Below are positions 50,560-63,763 of a stretch of 64,000 nt of DNA, piece after piece. This stretch comes from Lama glama. Taxonomy: Eukaryota. The position numbers and the translations under genes are program-made. The DNA is taken from positions 94,490,001-94,554,000 of the forward strand of contig CM052816.1 in assembly GCA_028534125.1 (NCBI GenBank), written 5' to 3'. Each line of letters begins with the position of its first letter. The first letter of the stretch is position 1. Below the pieces are notes generated by a model, which did no database searches, was not told where the DNA came from, and saw only the letters and a program-made list of their open reading frames with translations.

Positions 50560-50930
50560 CCTGCTCTTGGTAACAGCACGTCTAGGGGACCATTCTATAT
50601 CCTGTGCCTCAGTTCGCAACTTCTGATTGGATCAGAGATGGATATCTAACCCAAGGGTGATTCATCCAGTGACTGGCCTGCAAGAAATTAGTTTTGTACT
50701 CTTGGGAATGTGAAATAAGTGCCCCAAATCTGTGACATCCAATGGTGGGTGCTAGGAGATGGTGGCCATGTGGATTGGGTGCTGGTGGAGGACTCTGTGG
50801 TGACAGAGGGCAGTCCAATAGAGAGAGACTCTGTGATTCCTGAAAGTCAGAGACCAGTATAGTTGTCACTAGGTCTGGCTGCATTTAGATGTTGCATCTA
50901 TGAGATTACCTTTGGAATTCTTAAAATTTG
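50560..50930. mobile_element. Possible old ERVL LTR fragment (LTR16/LTR33-like)
   Basis: ctgctcttggtaacagcac; ctgattggatcagagatggatatctaacccaag. Weak recall only. Confidence 0.35.
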
Positions 50931-52869
50931 AGTTGATTTCTTTTCTTAGGTCCAGTGTTTCATGAATAGAACACATCTGTTAACTACCAAATTCGACAGG
51001 AAAATTATCCCATGTCAACTTCTGATTATTTACACTATATTTTGTATTCCTAGCTCACAGCCCATGATACATAATCAATAATTCTGTATTAAATATATAT
51101 TAAATACAGTCCTGAGTGTGGATGACTGCCTAATTATTTCCCTTTTCCATGTAGCTGTATAATATGTCTTGCATCAAGCTTCATTACTTTGTATTTTGGA
51201 AGTATTGAATGTATGAATCTACAGTTGAATAATACAAGCGATTTACTGATATTTCACTGCAGAAAATCCTGATACATGACTTCTACTGTTCTTTTTTTTG
51301 TCATAACCTAGTTGTTTGCTCAGCTTCAGAAATGCACGTTTGGAAATTCAAGTCTATATCAAGGGTGATAGACTAACCTAGTTAGCACATGAAAAGGGGG
51401 TATTTAAAAATTAAAAGAAAAAATAGAAATGTAAACAATTTTTGAAAAAGGAGAACAGATAAAGAGTGATGATTTAGATGTCGTTTCGTACTTCTTAAGG
51501 AGAGGTGAGAGAGTTTCCTAGAGGACATGAAACAAAATAAAATATTTTTCAGTTTTTTTTTATATAAATGATAAAAATGACTAATAGATGTAATTTGGCT
51601 TTCCTCTGCCTTTATTGGCATTAGGAAATTGCTCCTGTTTCCTGGAGTTACATTGACAGTTTAAAGTTAATAAAAAGATATTACTAGTATGCATTTGTAA
51701 CAGCCAGATTTATCATAGTCAATCAAATCATAAGAGAGGATGCTGAGAATTTGGAGAAGGGAGAATCTGGAGATATCTATTATTGTAGCGTATCAGCTTC
51801 TGCGTCCACGTATCTAGGGGAAAAGTAGCTGCACATAGGAACACTGTGATCTCTTAAACCCTTCACAGACTTTTCTAAGCATCCAAATTCATTATCGTAG
51901 CTTGCAGAATTCAGATCAGTTAGTGGCTGTCTAAATGCTAATGTCAGTCCTCTAGAATAGAATTATCGGTGCTTCTTACTGCAGCTACACTTTCACTGTG
52001 TGCCTTCTCACCTTCCTATCTTGACTGTCCGCACTGATTTCAGGTCAAACCTTTCCAAGCTCTTGGGTCCTTCTCCCTCCTACAACTAGAGAGTTTGGTT
52101 CCATACCTTCCGCCTGATTCCTCAGAACCATCCAGGCCTGAGTCAGGAAGATTATTGGTATAGAAGAGGCCCCTTATTTAGGCCATGGCCACACCCCTCT
52201 TGCTGACAGCCCACGTCCGCCCTCTGGCCAGGTGCCTACTAACGGGGTCACATCCGTTCCTCGGGCGAAGACCTGTCAAGGAGGTCTCGGTCTGGCAGCC
52301 CTGGGAGTTACCCGGTCCTCTCCCAGACTAGGCTCTTCTAAGTCCCATAGGACCTGCCTGTGCCCATGCCCTTGTCATATTCCCCACAGACCCCTCGAAC
52401 AGCATCCTGCCTCATCTTTTGCCTACGTTCTGCCCAAACCCATCCTCCACCTGTGTGGGCTTCGGCTGCGTGCCACATAAATCAGAAACGTGTCTGCGAA
52501 GGACCCATTCCCTCCTCTGCAATTCCATCAATACGCTACTCTTTCCCGTCTCACATGGTCATGGGCATGCGGCCCCTTCCATCTAGACTATCCTCCCCTT
52601 TCTTCTGGTCACCTCCCCCTATGGATCCAGCTGCCCCGCTCAGGGCTCACATTCTTCTGATTGTCTTCTTGATCTGTTCAAATTGGTCCAGGTGTCCTCC
52701 CTTCCTGGGGAGTACTTAGAACTTAACAGAGTTTTGGGGATGGGACTCTACTGACCCTTCTAGAAGTTCCTTGCCACAGGAGGTTTTAACCTTCAGTCAA
52801 AGGACATTGGGGATTTTCTCAGGTGCTACTGAAAGTTAAAGACAACAAAATAGATGTCTACTTATATCC

Positions 52870-52976
52870 TTGATCTTCATGGGCAACAGGAATATAATGA
52901 GAGAGAAATTGAATTCAAATAACAGCTGGACCTATCTTATGAACTCTTCCTAAAGGAGACCTGACTCTTGGAAGAC

Positions 52977-53019
<43 letters not shown>

Positions 53020-53459
53020 ATGACAATGGTCTAAAGCTCAGAGACAAAGGATGTCAAAGATTCAAAGCTAGAGAGATTCGATACATGATAAATTCTTCTT
53101 TGGTGGCTTAAAGATGAAGCTAAAGATGTGGCTAGCAATGCATATAGCTTCTAGATACTGAGAGCAATCCCCAGCTGACAGCCAGCAAGGATCTCAGTCT
53201 TAGGACCAAAGGGAGTTTAATTCAGCTCACAAATAGTTGGAGTGAACTTGGGAGCACTTTATTCCCCGGAACCTCCAGAAAGGAGAGTAGCCCAGCAGAA
53301 ACAATGACAGTAACCTTGTAGGACCCTGAACAGAGAACCCAAGCGTGCCACGCCTGAACGTGCCAAAACTTAGAAAACTGTTAGCTAAAAAAAACTGTAT
53401 GTTGTTCTAAACTATTCTGTTGGTGGTAATTAGTTCTGCAGTAATGGAAAGTGAATACA
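52870..53459 (+). mobile_element. MaLR LTR (MLT1E-like)
   Basis: ttctagatactgagagcaatccccagctgacagccagcaagg; cctccagaaaggag; gaccctgaacagagaacccaagc; ends gcagtaatggaaagtgaataca. Confidence 0.8.
52977..53017. repeat. (ATG)13 trinucleotide microsatellite
   Basis: Perfect run inside the MLT1. Confidence 0.97.
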
Positions 53460-55169
53460 GTGCTTTTCAACTGGTTGTATTTGATATATATTATAACAAG
53501 CTGAAAAGTTTTTAGAGGAAATAAATTTTACTCTGTGACCATCTGTATTCCATTTAAGAGTTTAATGTCTGTAGCCAATTTTATTTTTCATGCATCTTAA
53601 ATGCATTCATTTGGATTCACATATTAAAATGATCTGTAACTTTGATTCTAAGAAATAGAGGGATCTGGATTTGGAGGGGGGTCGTTATTTACTATAGAGT
53701 AAGGACAACGGAAGGGGTCATCTTTAGCTTTGCCTTTTTTATGATATAGATACCCAAGACCTGATTGGAGTTATCTATATATTTAAAAAGACAAAATGTA
53801 ATATATATATATATATAGAATTGCTTGCTCCACAGAAAAAGATGCCCTTTTCTTTCCACCAGATGAACTATTGAATTTCTTCCAAACAAGTTTCCTCAAA
53901 AGCCTGCCATATTTTAGAGAGTGGAATACAAGAGGAATTAATGTTATAAATGTTATCAAAGGTCATTCTCTTTATTAACTAACTTCTGTGAGCCCAGATG
54001 CCAACAGTTCTGTAAAAAGGGTTTGAAAATCTTTTCCATACCTACGAAGAAGTCCGGTTTATTTTTGAGAAAATGCTGACCTGGTTAAATTAGTAGTGAA
54101 GAAACTTAAGTGGTTAGGTACTTTTTGTCAGAATGAAATGTATTTATTTAAATACAGCGTAAGTCAGCATAATCAGTGAATTTTCTTAAGGAAATAAGTC
54201 ATACACGAATATAATTGTTTCCCAAAGTAAGACATAGTGTGCATTTTTCATTATCCTTCAAGATATGATACTGAAATAAGTAGATAGTTACATTTATTCT
54301 TTTTAAATAAAGAAGGAAGAAATTTGCCAAAATATTTTAATTTGGAAACCAGACAATATTAAATGCTTACTTAAATTTTTTGAAGTGAAGTTTTAAAAGT
54401 TATGTGGATAGATATTTCTACACATACACACATTCCTAAACAGTCATTTGGCCAAAGGTAAAAATCACTCAAAGTCATAAGATTCTAGATCCTTACCACC
54501 AGTGAATATGTATTTGTCATTGAAAGACAAAAAAGATAGCTTTAGAATAACTTTTAATTTTTAAGAACCTAATTTTTTCATTAGTGTAGTTTTTATTTTA
54601 AAAACATGGACTAAAGCTGCTGCCTCTTCCTCCCCTACACTGAGGCTTCATGAGCTTTCTCAGCCAGTAGACAATTCCTACTGTGTCTCCTCGGTTTTGT
54701 CCCCTGGTCTCTAAGCCATTCCCCAAGGGCAGAGCCTTGGAGTATATGACGCAGCAGCGGCCAGCCCACGGTAACTGTTCAGTCAGTGCTGGTTGGATAA
54801 ATGATGAATAAGTATACAATATTGCTCTTCTTTTCTCATTGCTATTTTTTAGCAAAATCACCAGTCTTACTAATCTATACATAGTTTCATCTTTATACAT
54901 CCCAGAATCTATTATTTATATATATAATATATATTACATATCAAATGTTATATATTAGTCTGATCTTGCCTGATCAGGATATTACATTTCAGTATTCATT
55001 CTAGTCAGTTTCCATGTTAAAATCGTACCCTGGAATCCAGGGCCTGTTGGTTTGATGTACTCTGTGGTGTGGAACTGTGGCTGATCTAGTCTCATACTTT
55101 CACTCTGATCTTAAGATGGTGATAATAGTGGTAATAGTAGTAATAACAGTGATAGTTTTCACGATAATA

Positions 55170-55656
55170 ATGGTAGTGTTTATGGAGCAGTTTTCATAGG
55201 CTGAGCGCAGTATTAATTGGTTTATACAGATCATGCCATTTACCCCCAGTTAACCCAATGAGTTAGTAAATCTTACTGGTATTTCATTTTGTAGATGAGA
55301 ACACGGAGATTCAGAATGAGAAATTCACTTTCCCAGGGTCCAGCATTGATTTTTTTTTTGATTGGATTTTTAAATTTTTTTTAATTTTTAAAATTTCCAT
55401 TCACAGTTATTAAAAAAAAATTGGCTGTATTTGCTGTGTTATATAACATATCCTTGAATCTGTCTTACACCCAACACTTACACCCACTGCCCCACCTCTA
55501 TATTGCCCCCCCAACTGGGAACCACTAGTTTGTACTCTATATCTTTGAGTCTACTTCTTTAATGTTATATTCACTAATTTGTCATATTTTTTAGACTCCG
55601 CATATAACGATATCATACCAGACATTGACTTTTGGACCCAGGCATCTTTACTCCCC
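55170..55656 (-). mobile_element. MIR split by an L1 3'-end insertion
   Basis: cattttgtagatgagaacacggagattcaga...ttcccagggtc on the left; tttggacccaggcatctttactcc resumes on the right. Confidence 0.7.
55350..55620 (-). mobile_element. Short 5'-truncated L1 3'UTR insertion
   Basis: Poly-T then ttggctgtatttgctgtgttatataacatatcctt...aaccactagtttgtactctatatctttgagtct...ttttagactccgcatataac. Flanked by cattga(t/c)tttt on both sides. Confidence 0.8.
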
Positions 55657-56015
55657 AAGTATATATTTAAAATACCTTGCTATAATGCTGCTATTCAGTC
55701 TTAAATAGTGTCTTGAATTAGGTTGTAAATTACCATCTGAATGTCTCCAGTCCCTTTTCACCCTAAGGATACAAATATTTTTGGACTGATTTTCTGTTTC
55801 TTCCTTCTCCCTCCCCACCCCACAATGATTATAGCTATTTTGAAATTCTTCATCTGTTTCTGATTTTATTCTTACACAAATGAGGTAAAGAGTGTTAATA
55901 GAATATGATATCCTTGCTTTTAAATGCGTCCAGAGTAACTGTTTAGTATTCTCTTGCAAATTCCCGATGGACAAATTATAATTACTAATGCTTACATCTA
56001 AAATACTATTTATCA

Positions 56016-56358
56016 CATCTCAGTTTGTTTGGGCTGCTATAAAAGAATGCCATAGACTGGGTGGCTTATAGACAACATAAAGTTTTCTCACATTTCTGGA
56101 GGCTGGGATGTCCATGGTCGAGGCACAAACAAATTCAGTGGTTGGTGAGAGCCTGCTTCTTGGTTCCTGGTCTTTGTGCTGTGTCTTCACATAGTGGAAG
56201 GGACAAGGGAAATCTTCAGAGTCTCCTTTATGAAGGCACTAATCCCTCCTCATGACGTCACCTCCCAAAGGCCTCCGCTCTCAGTCCCATCACATTAAGA
56301 ATTAGATTTCACTGTATAACATGAATCTGGGGGGGCACAAACATTCATTCTACGCACA
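56016..56358 (-). mobile_element. MaLR LTR (MLT1A-like)
   Basis: tttgggctgctataaaagaatgccatagactgggtggctta...ttctggaggctggga...ggcactaatccc...cacctcccaaaggcc...ggggggcacaaacattca. Confidence 0.88.
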
Positions 56359-56769
56359 GTGAAACACATTGTTCTAGATTTCTGTGGGATAACAAATCGT
56401 CAACTGTCCTGAGGATTTTATGTAGGTCCCAAAAAAAGGTTGAATATTTAACTTATAATTATCTGATATATGTCTTAGGTCAACTACTATATCAACACTT
56501 TTGTATCAAATTTGAAGCCTAACTTCTTTCCAAAGTGATATATCAAAAAACTAACACTAATTTTACGTTTAAAAATAATTAATATACCAAATTTTATTTA
56601 GAGGTTTTACATTATAAAATAGATTTTTAAGGAGAACTAATTCTAATATGTTTTGAAATTTAATACTCCAATTGGTAGAAAACTGAAACTCTTCATAAGT
56701 TTAATTAGTCTGGAAGATTCTTCATGTTTTCTTTCATCCTTACAACATTTTTTTTTTAACTCATAGATT

Positions 56770-56950
56770 TGAAAGGTGAAGTTTGTAGCTTCGTAAACTG
56801 GAGCTAAATTTTGTCATTATGTTTTTATGGTATTGCCTAGCTTTGCTAATTTCTCTGAATTTCATTTTTCTCATCTGCACAAATGGTGATAATGCTCTTC
56901 AGTAATTTTGTAAAGGAATAGATGAGAAATGTAAGTAAAACATCTCACAC
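56770..56950 (+). mobile_element. MIR fragment
   Basis: ttctctgaatttcatttttctcatctgcacaaatggtgataat...gtaaaggaatagatgagaaatgt. Confidence 0.6.
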
Positions 56951-57749
56951 ACCATCTTGCGTACTGTGATGAGTGAATCGTATATATTTTTTGCTCTTGA
57001 TGAACATACAGATAATCTTTTTGTTGAAATCTCCTTCCTAATTTTCCTACAAAAGATTATAAAATGGTTTCTCTCACCAGGGGCTAAAACGGCATACCAG
57101 GATGGCACCATATTTGCCTCTTTCATAACACAGACTAAACAATGGCACAGAAATTGACACGATGAAGTGGAAGAAAGCTTGAGTCAGTTTCCCCTTCATA
57201 GGGCACAACTGAATGTGTCTCTGGATCCAGAGCTGGAGCTGGAGGTGGAACTTTTGATACCGTGTAGTTGTCAAAAGAAGAGCAATAAATAATGCAGGGA
57301 TAACATACGAATGACAGGAAATGCTCAGTAAATTAAGGTATAGAAGCCAGTGACTCTTTGAATAGATGTTTTTCAGTCAGGGAGCTCAAAAGATGAATGC
57401 ATTGACCAAAATGCTTGTTCACTAGTCTCCCTGGATGTCTAAACATGTACCTGGGATGAGAAGTAGGAGTGTCTTGATGAAGGCATTTGTGTGTCCTTCA
57501 TGTCCATTCTGCTGTTGCTCAGATGCCAAGGGGCCGAAAGCTTTTACCAAGTTATTTAAATTTATGTTTATTTATGCTCATGACAGACGATTGGAAACCA
57601 GTGATATTTCAGCTGACAAAAAAACGCAATGAGCGTTTGACCCAGTTAAGAAGAAAGAACTTCAGTGTCAACACTGGATGACAGTGGCTCCCTGTACACC
57701 GTGAACCGTGTGTGTTCAAATTATTAAGATGGAAAGACAATTGGGGCAG

Positions 57750-57860
57750 AGCAGGAAGATCCTGGTCTTGGCACCAAATACTCAAGCTGTGACTTGGGAC
57801 AAATCATTTGGGTTTTCTGGGCCTCCGTTTCCTCACCTGCAAAATAGGAGACAGTGAGCA
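57750..57860 (+). mobile_element. MIR fragment
   Basis: gctgtgacttgggacaaatcatttgggttttctgggcctccgtttcctcacctgcaaaatagg. Confidence 0.75.
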
Positions 57861-58339
57861 CCTGGGTCTGTCCCAGCCCTCACTCTCCCACTCTGTGCTC
57901 TTCCTCTTATTCAGACCTTTCATGACAGGCCATGAGCCTGTGTGAATATTTTAATAAGGAGACATTACTTGAACTTGAATAACAGATCTAAGTAATTAAA
58001 TAATAAGACTAGCAAGATGTTACCACATAGATTTGGTGCTGCAGAGGAGGGCAGATAGATGTGTGCATGTTCATGTGCATAGCTTTTTTTCAATATAGGA
58101 ATCTCCAGTTAGGTCATGGGATGGACTTTATATTTTGGGAAAACGCAGTCAGAAAGAAATTTGTAAATATATTGTATACCACCTCAAATGGTCTGGGTGT
58201 TTTCTTGATTGGATAAAAATTGGGGAGAAGATAGGGAGCTGGAACAGAGATTTTCACACTGAGAGACGAGGTGGGCTGGAACTTTTAAGAAATTATCATG
58301 GGTTGCATTAAAAAAAAACTGCTTGTGAACGTCTCAGAG

Positions 58340-58990
58340 GGCCCAGCATGTTAGTGGTGCCCCTTGTGCATCACAGGTGACTATGATGCAGCTCCTGGTC
58401 TCCGGGGATTTACCACCAAATGCAGACAGAGACCCATAAGCAGGCCAAACGTGGTAAAATGTGTCGGTGCCGTGAGACAATGGGAAGCAATACCAGGGAC
58501 AGTTTCACAGAGGGACGTTTATGTGTCAGGGATGTCAAACATTCGCAGGGAAATAAATGGAACCAAGGCACTGCTCAGAAAGTACGAAGTCAGAAAGACA
58601 GGAGTGAATTTGACACCAGTGTGGTTGGCATAGTGAGCCCATAGGTGGACTGGCGTTGGGTAAGGGGGCAGACAGGCATGACCATTCTGTGAGCGGCCAT
58701 ATTGGTCAGGCTAGAGGTTCGGGGTTTCACTGAGTGGGCAACAGAGCATGGAAGACAGTTTTACCCAAGGAAGTGATGTCCTGGAAGGAAGCATTGGTCC
58801 TGCCAGCAGCATGGAGAATGGACTGAAGCACGTGGGGGCCGGTGACAGCCACATAAGTTAGAGATGGCAGCCTCAGTGCAGGAGATGGGTCATAACGCTT
58901 AAACCAAGGTTGTGAGCACCTGGAGCATTTCAGAGTCAGTGTTGGGAAGGTCTGGGGACTCACTTGTGTCAAAGGAGACACAGTAGGATT
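58340..58990 (-). mobile_element. LINE-2 fragment
   Basis: Degenerate antisense L2 motifs (ctggcagcagc-like atggagaatggactg; cagtgggcaacagagcatggaag). Confidence 0.5.
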
Positions 58991-59579
58991 GCAAAATTAC
59001 TAATTTTTTTAAACTTCAAATGTGGTAGGCTACGCCAACACTGTGAGCTTAGCTTTACCACGAGCATTGCCTATTTTCAACAAGAAACCCTTGCTGTTTT
59101 TATTTCATGGTATGTGAATGTATGCTAATTCCCTTTTACCAAGGAGAAACTATCATAGAATTTTAAATTTAAGAGTTTGCTGCGTTAGCAGCAGGCAGCA
59201 AAGATGTTGCCTAATTTGTTGACAGTAAAGTGGAATTCATAAGCCCCAGTCTTCTGAAACATCTGTTTGTTTAGTACCTCCAGAGCTGAAGGAAGTTTAA
59301 AAATTGTCACACATTGTTGCTTAGTCTCAGGCACTTACTTGAGAATGTAACTGTCAGCAAGATTTTATTGAAAAGATCTGTCCAAGGAAGTGACTGCATG
59401 CTTTACTCAAAATTTAGCAATTAACCTTCTCTCTCTAATGTGATGGTCTCCACCTGTTGAGACTCGTCATTTCGACATTCCTCATTTAAGGTAAAGAGCT
59501 TCATTCTGTCTTTTGGGACTCAGGTATCGCCTGTCATGTCATAAATACCCAACAGATATTGATGCTCTAATATTAGGAG

Positions 59580-59825
59580 GTGGCACAATGGTGTTTAAGG
59601 CAATGGAGTTTGGAACCGGTAAGTTTTGGACTTGAATCTCAGCTTTGTATTTTCCTGACTGCATGGTGTTGGGAAATAGCCTAGTTCTTTAAAAACTCCA
59701 TTTCGCTATCTGTAGACTGGGGAGAATCATACTTATCTGAGATGTTTGCTATAAGGATCAAATGTGAAAAAGTGTTTAAAACAAACGGCAGTGTTTGTCA
59801 CTGAGAAAATATTCGATATATGTGG
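59580..59825 (+). mobile_element. MIR
   Basis: ggcacaatggtgtttaagg...cttgaatctcagcttt...ccatttcgctatctgtagactgggga...taaggatcaaatg. Confidence 0.7.
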
Positions 59826-61330
59826 GCTGGTCCTCTTAGTTAGTTAATCTTGATAAATTATACTTACGACTCACTTGTCACATGCATGAGTAGGTAGGAA
59901 ATACCCTCCTCTTTGTAGAGCAATATTATTTATTTATACTTTTCCTTCTTTTTGCTTTATTTACTGAGTGCTTGCAATGTCACAAAAATTAACTGAAGAC
60001 TGAGTATTCTGTCACCATCCTCTGCTAGGGACACCACAGTGTGGTGATGTTCTTAAATTAATGCGTGAGTAATATATATGCGATAATATAGCCACGCTGC
60101 ACTGAAACATCACACTGTTTGAGACAGTCTCATCACCATAAAATTGTACCTGCCTCAGATTGACGGTTGTTCAAGGTCACTGTAATTTTGAGTGTCTGTG
60201 TTCTACTATTATTACTAAGCTTCATTAAATGCCTTTGTAACCTGGTAGTAGAAAAGAATTTTACCAAAGAGTTGAAGACCGGAATAGAGAAATTCTTCAG
60301 TGTTACCGAAACACTGGATTTGTTAGCATCCTTTTAAAGCCTTTTGGGATCTTTGAGGGATTATGGAACTTAATAACATCCCTCTGGGACTTGGGTCTAA
60401 AAGCTGAGTCTTCCTAACTGGTTCCTAATTCAGAGAAGCATTGCTCACAGTCATGTGAGTAGGTTGCTAGGGTCAGTAAAACAAGGACAAATCTCTAAGA
60501 ACGTGGGTTTGTAAAGTCCTCTGTTATGACAGGAAGGTGTACAAGATCTCATCCATCTATTCATTAATTTCTTCGTTCAGCACATATAAATCATGGCCCT
60601 ACTATGTGTCACACAGTGTAATAGACACTGGGAGTCCAGCTCTGGATGAGGAAAGTAAATTGCCTGCCCTCAAGGGACCGGGTCTGCATGCTGTCTTGGG
60701 GATCTTATTTTACTTAGTAAAGATAATAACAAGTTCTTTCTCTGGTTAAACCTGCTCTCCTTCGAGTCTATAACAAAATGTCTATCAAGCCATCCTTCAT
60801 GTGTGTGGTCAACCACTTAACACTAAGATAACACAGCAGACGCAAGAGTGAAATTCAAGAATTAAATTAGCTCGATTCTATTTAAACTGCCCTTTGGGAT
60901 GGTACAGAGGTGTATTTTAAGCTTCAACCTGACCGTTTCGAACATTTATTATATTTTGCTAATGAACAGCATTCCAGAGGGGCTAAACTAATCAGAACTT
61001 AGTTTCTTGTGCAACTCATGGAATCAGAACAAAGGAAAAATAAACTAATGAAGAAATAAAGCTTCCGTATAATATTTGAAAATGTTTAAACAAATATTAA
61101 AAACTTAAAAATAAGTGAATTTTCAGAAGTAAGATATAAAGGAACTGGCAGTATTTCTGCCAGGGGATTGGATTCATCATTTTTCAAAAAAGAGTTAACT
61201 TGCATCATTATTCCCAGGGAGAATTCTTTCACTTTAAGTCAGAAAAGTACACAATCAAATAGAACTCTGAGATGCTAATTGAATACAATGATAATATAAG
61301 ATGCCCAAATAAAAAATTCTATTAAAATGG

Positions 61331-62274
61331 TTCATAGCAGCAGTATTTACAATAGCCAAAACATAGAAACAGCCTAAATGTCCATCAATAGGTGACTGGA
61401 TAAAGAAGATGTGGTATATTTATACAATGGAATACTACTCAGCCATAAAAACNNNNNNNNNNNNNNNNNNNNNNNNNNNNNNNNNNNNNNNNNNNNNNNN
61501 NNNNNNNNNNNNNNNNNNNNNNNNNNNNNNNNNNNNNNNNNNNNNNNNNNNNNNNNNNNNNNNNNNNNNNNNNNNNNNNNNNNNNNNNNNNNNNNNNNNN
61601 NNNNNNNNNNNNNNNNNNNNNNNNNNNNNNNNNNNNNNNNNNNNNNNNNNNNNNNNNNNNNNNNNNNNNNNNNNNNNNNNNNNNNNNNNNNNNNNNNNNN
61701 NNNNNNNNNNNNNNNNNNNNNNNNNNNNNNNNNNNNNNNNNNNNNNNNNNNNNNNNNNNNNNNNNNNNNNNNNNNNNNNNNNNNNNNNNNNNNNNNNNNN
61801 NNNNNNNNNNNNNNNNNNNNNNNNNNNNNNNNNNNNNNNNNNNNNNNNNNNNNNNNNNNNNNNNNNNNNNNNNNNNNNNNNNNNNNNNNNNNNNNNNNNN
61901 NNNNNNNNNNNNNNNNNNNNNNNNNNNNNNNNNNNNNNNNNNNNNNNNNNNNCTCATATGTGGAATCTAAAAGAAAATTTTTTTAAATAAATAAATACAA
62001 AACAGAAACAGACTCATAGACATAGAATACAAATTTGTGGTTGCCAAGGGGACGGGGGGTGGGAAGGGACAGACTGGGAATTCAAAATGTAGAATAGATA
62101 AACAAGATTGTACTCTGTAGCACAGGGAAATATATACAGGATCTTGTGGTGGCTCACAGTGAAAGAGGATGTGACAATGAATGTATATATGTTTATGTAT
62201 AACTGAAAAATTGTGCTCTACACTGGAATTTGATGCAACATTGTAAAATGACTATAACTCAATAAAAAATGTTT
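61331..62274 (+). mobile_element. Young 5'-truncated LINE-1 3' end with 20-bp TSD, spanning a gap
   Basis: ORF2 end MWYIYTMEYYSAIK, 3'UTR and AATAAA at 62261. TSD aaaaaattct(a/t)ttaaaatgg at 61311-61330 and 62275-62294. Confidence 0.95.
61453..61952. other. Assembly gap (500 N)
   Basis: Exactly 500 N. Confidence 1.
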
Positions 62275-62554
62275 AAAAAATTCTTTTAAAATGGAGTGAT
62301 AGCTTAATTTTTAAATATTATCATTATTCATAGGGCTTTAGTTATGAAGAGAATTTTTTGAGATTATGCTATACAAACAATTTTCAAAAATAAATCTTAT
62401 ATTTTAAGACAGTGGTGTACAGAGTATAGTGAAATATGTGATTTGTACAGTGGAGAATATGTGATACATTTATATGCATGGTTTCAAAAATGCCACAGCT
62501 CTGCTGAGGAAATAGAGTTTGACCAATGGTTGTTGGAGACACTTCTCTGCCTTT

Positions 62555-62686
62555 CTTTTATTCTTTGATCTGGGGGGGAGGTAATTAGGTTTATTTATTT
62601 GTTTCTTTTAATGGAGGTGCTGCGAACTGAACCCAGGACCTCATGCATGCTGAGCACGTGCTCTACCACTGAGCTCTACCCTCCCC
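62555..62686 (-). mobile_element. tRNA-derived SINE, camelid Vic-1 type
   Basis: ggggaggtaattaggtttatttattt...gaacccaggacctcatgcatgctgagcacgtgctctaccactgagctctaccctcccc. TSD t(t/c)ctctgccttt at 62543-62554 and 62687-62698. Confidence 0.93.
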
Positions 62687-63580
62687 TCCTCTGCCTTTTT
62701 TTAATTGCCTCTCTCACTGTCTCAGAGATGAACACTTGACTGAATTTTGTGTTTATTCATTCCTTGGATTTCTTTATATTTTCCTATATGTAAACTTCCA
62801 AATATGCAGAATATCATTTGGTTGGTCTGTTTTTGACTCTTACGTAATTATGTTACATATTCTTTGCAACGTGCTTTTTTTCACTCAGCTGTATGTTTTT
62901 CAGATTTATTCATGTTGATGCAGGTGCTTGCATTTTTTTCACTGATGCCTCCTAGTTCATCGTGTGAAAATTGCCAGAATGCATTTATCCTTTCTCCTGA
63001 GAAGAACATTTGCAGAGTTTGCAGGTTTTGCTTTTGGAAACATATGGCTTGGGACATAGTTATGTGGGACTCCTGGTGCAGATGCACACGCGTCTCTCTT
63101 GGGCACGCACAGAGGAGTGCTGGCAGCCTTGAGGATTTGAACATCTTCAACTTCCTTTATCATGCCAAAGAGTTTTCAGACCTCGTTGTGCAAATTTAAA
63201 TTCCTGTTGGCAACGAATACTCCACTGCACCATATACTCAGCAAAACTTGCTATCTTCCAGGTGTTCTTTGGCGCTATTGTTGCAAATCTAGTGGCTTTG
63301 AAGCTTGCATCTCCCTGACTTCTGCACTAATAGAACTTTTTACATATTTACTAGATATTCATGTTCATTTTTCCATTAAATGTCTATTCATGCCTTTCAC
63401 ACATTTTTCTATCAGTGGTTTTCCTTTCTTCTTAGTTATTTTAAATCTCAGTATATCGAGACACTAATCTTAGTTGAATGTGTTGACCACTATGTTCTTC
63501 CAGTTTGGGTTTTTTCACTTTCTTATGGTGTCCTCTGATGAACAGAGAGGTTTATATTTTTGTTAAGTTGATCAGTCTGT

Positions 63581-63582
63581 TT

Positions 63583-63636
<54 letters not shown>
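63581..63636. repeat. (TTTC)14 tetranucleotide microsatellite
   Basis: Perfect run at the position of the SINE tail. Confidence 0.97.
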
Positions 63637-63638
<2 letters not shown>

Positions 63639-63763
63639 TTTTGAGGAGGTAACTATGTTTATTTGTTTAATTTTTTTTTTATTTTAATGGAGGTACTGGG
63701 GATTGAACCCAGGACCTTGTGTGTGCTAAGCATGAACTCTTACCACTGAGCTATATCCTCCAC
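63587..63763 (-). mobile_element. tRNA-derived SINE, camelid Vic-1 type
   Basis: atggaggtactggggattgaacccaggaccttgtgtgtgctaagcatg...accactgagctatatcctcc. TSD tcagtctgt(t/a)ttctt at 63572-63586 and 63767-63781. Confidence 0.93.
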
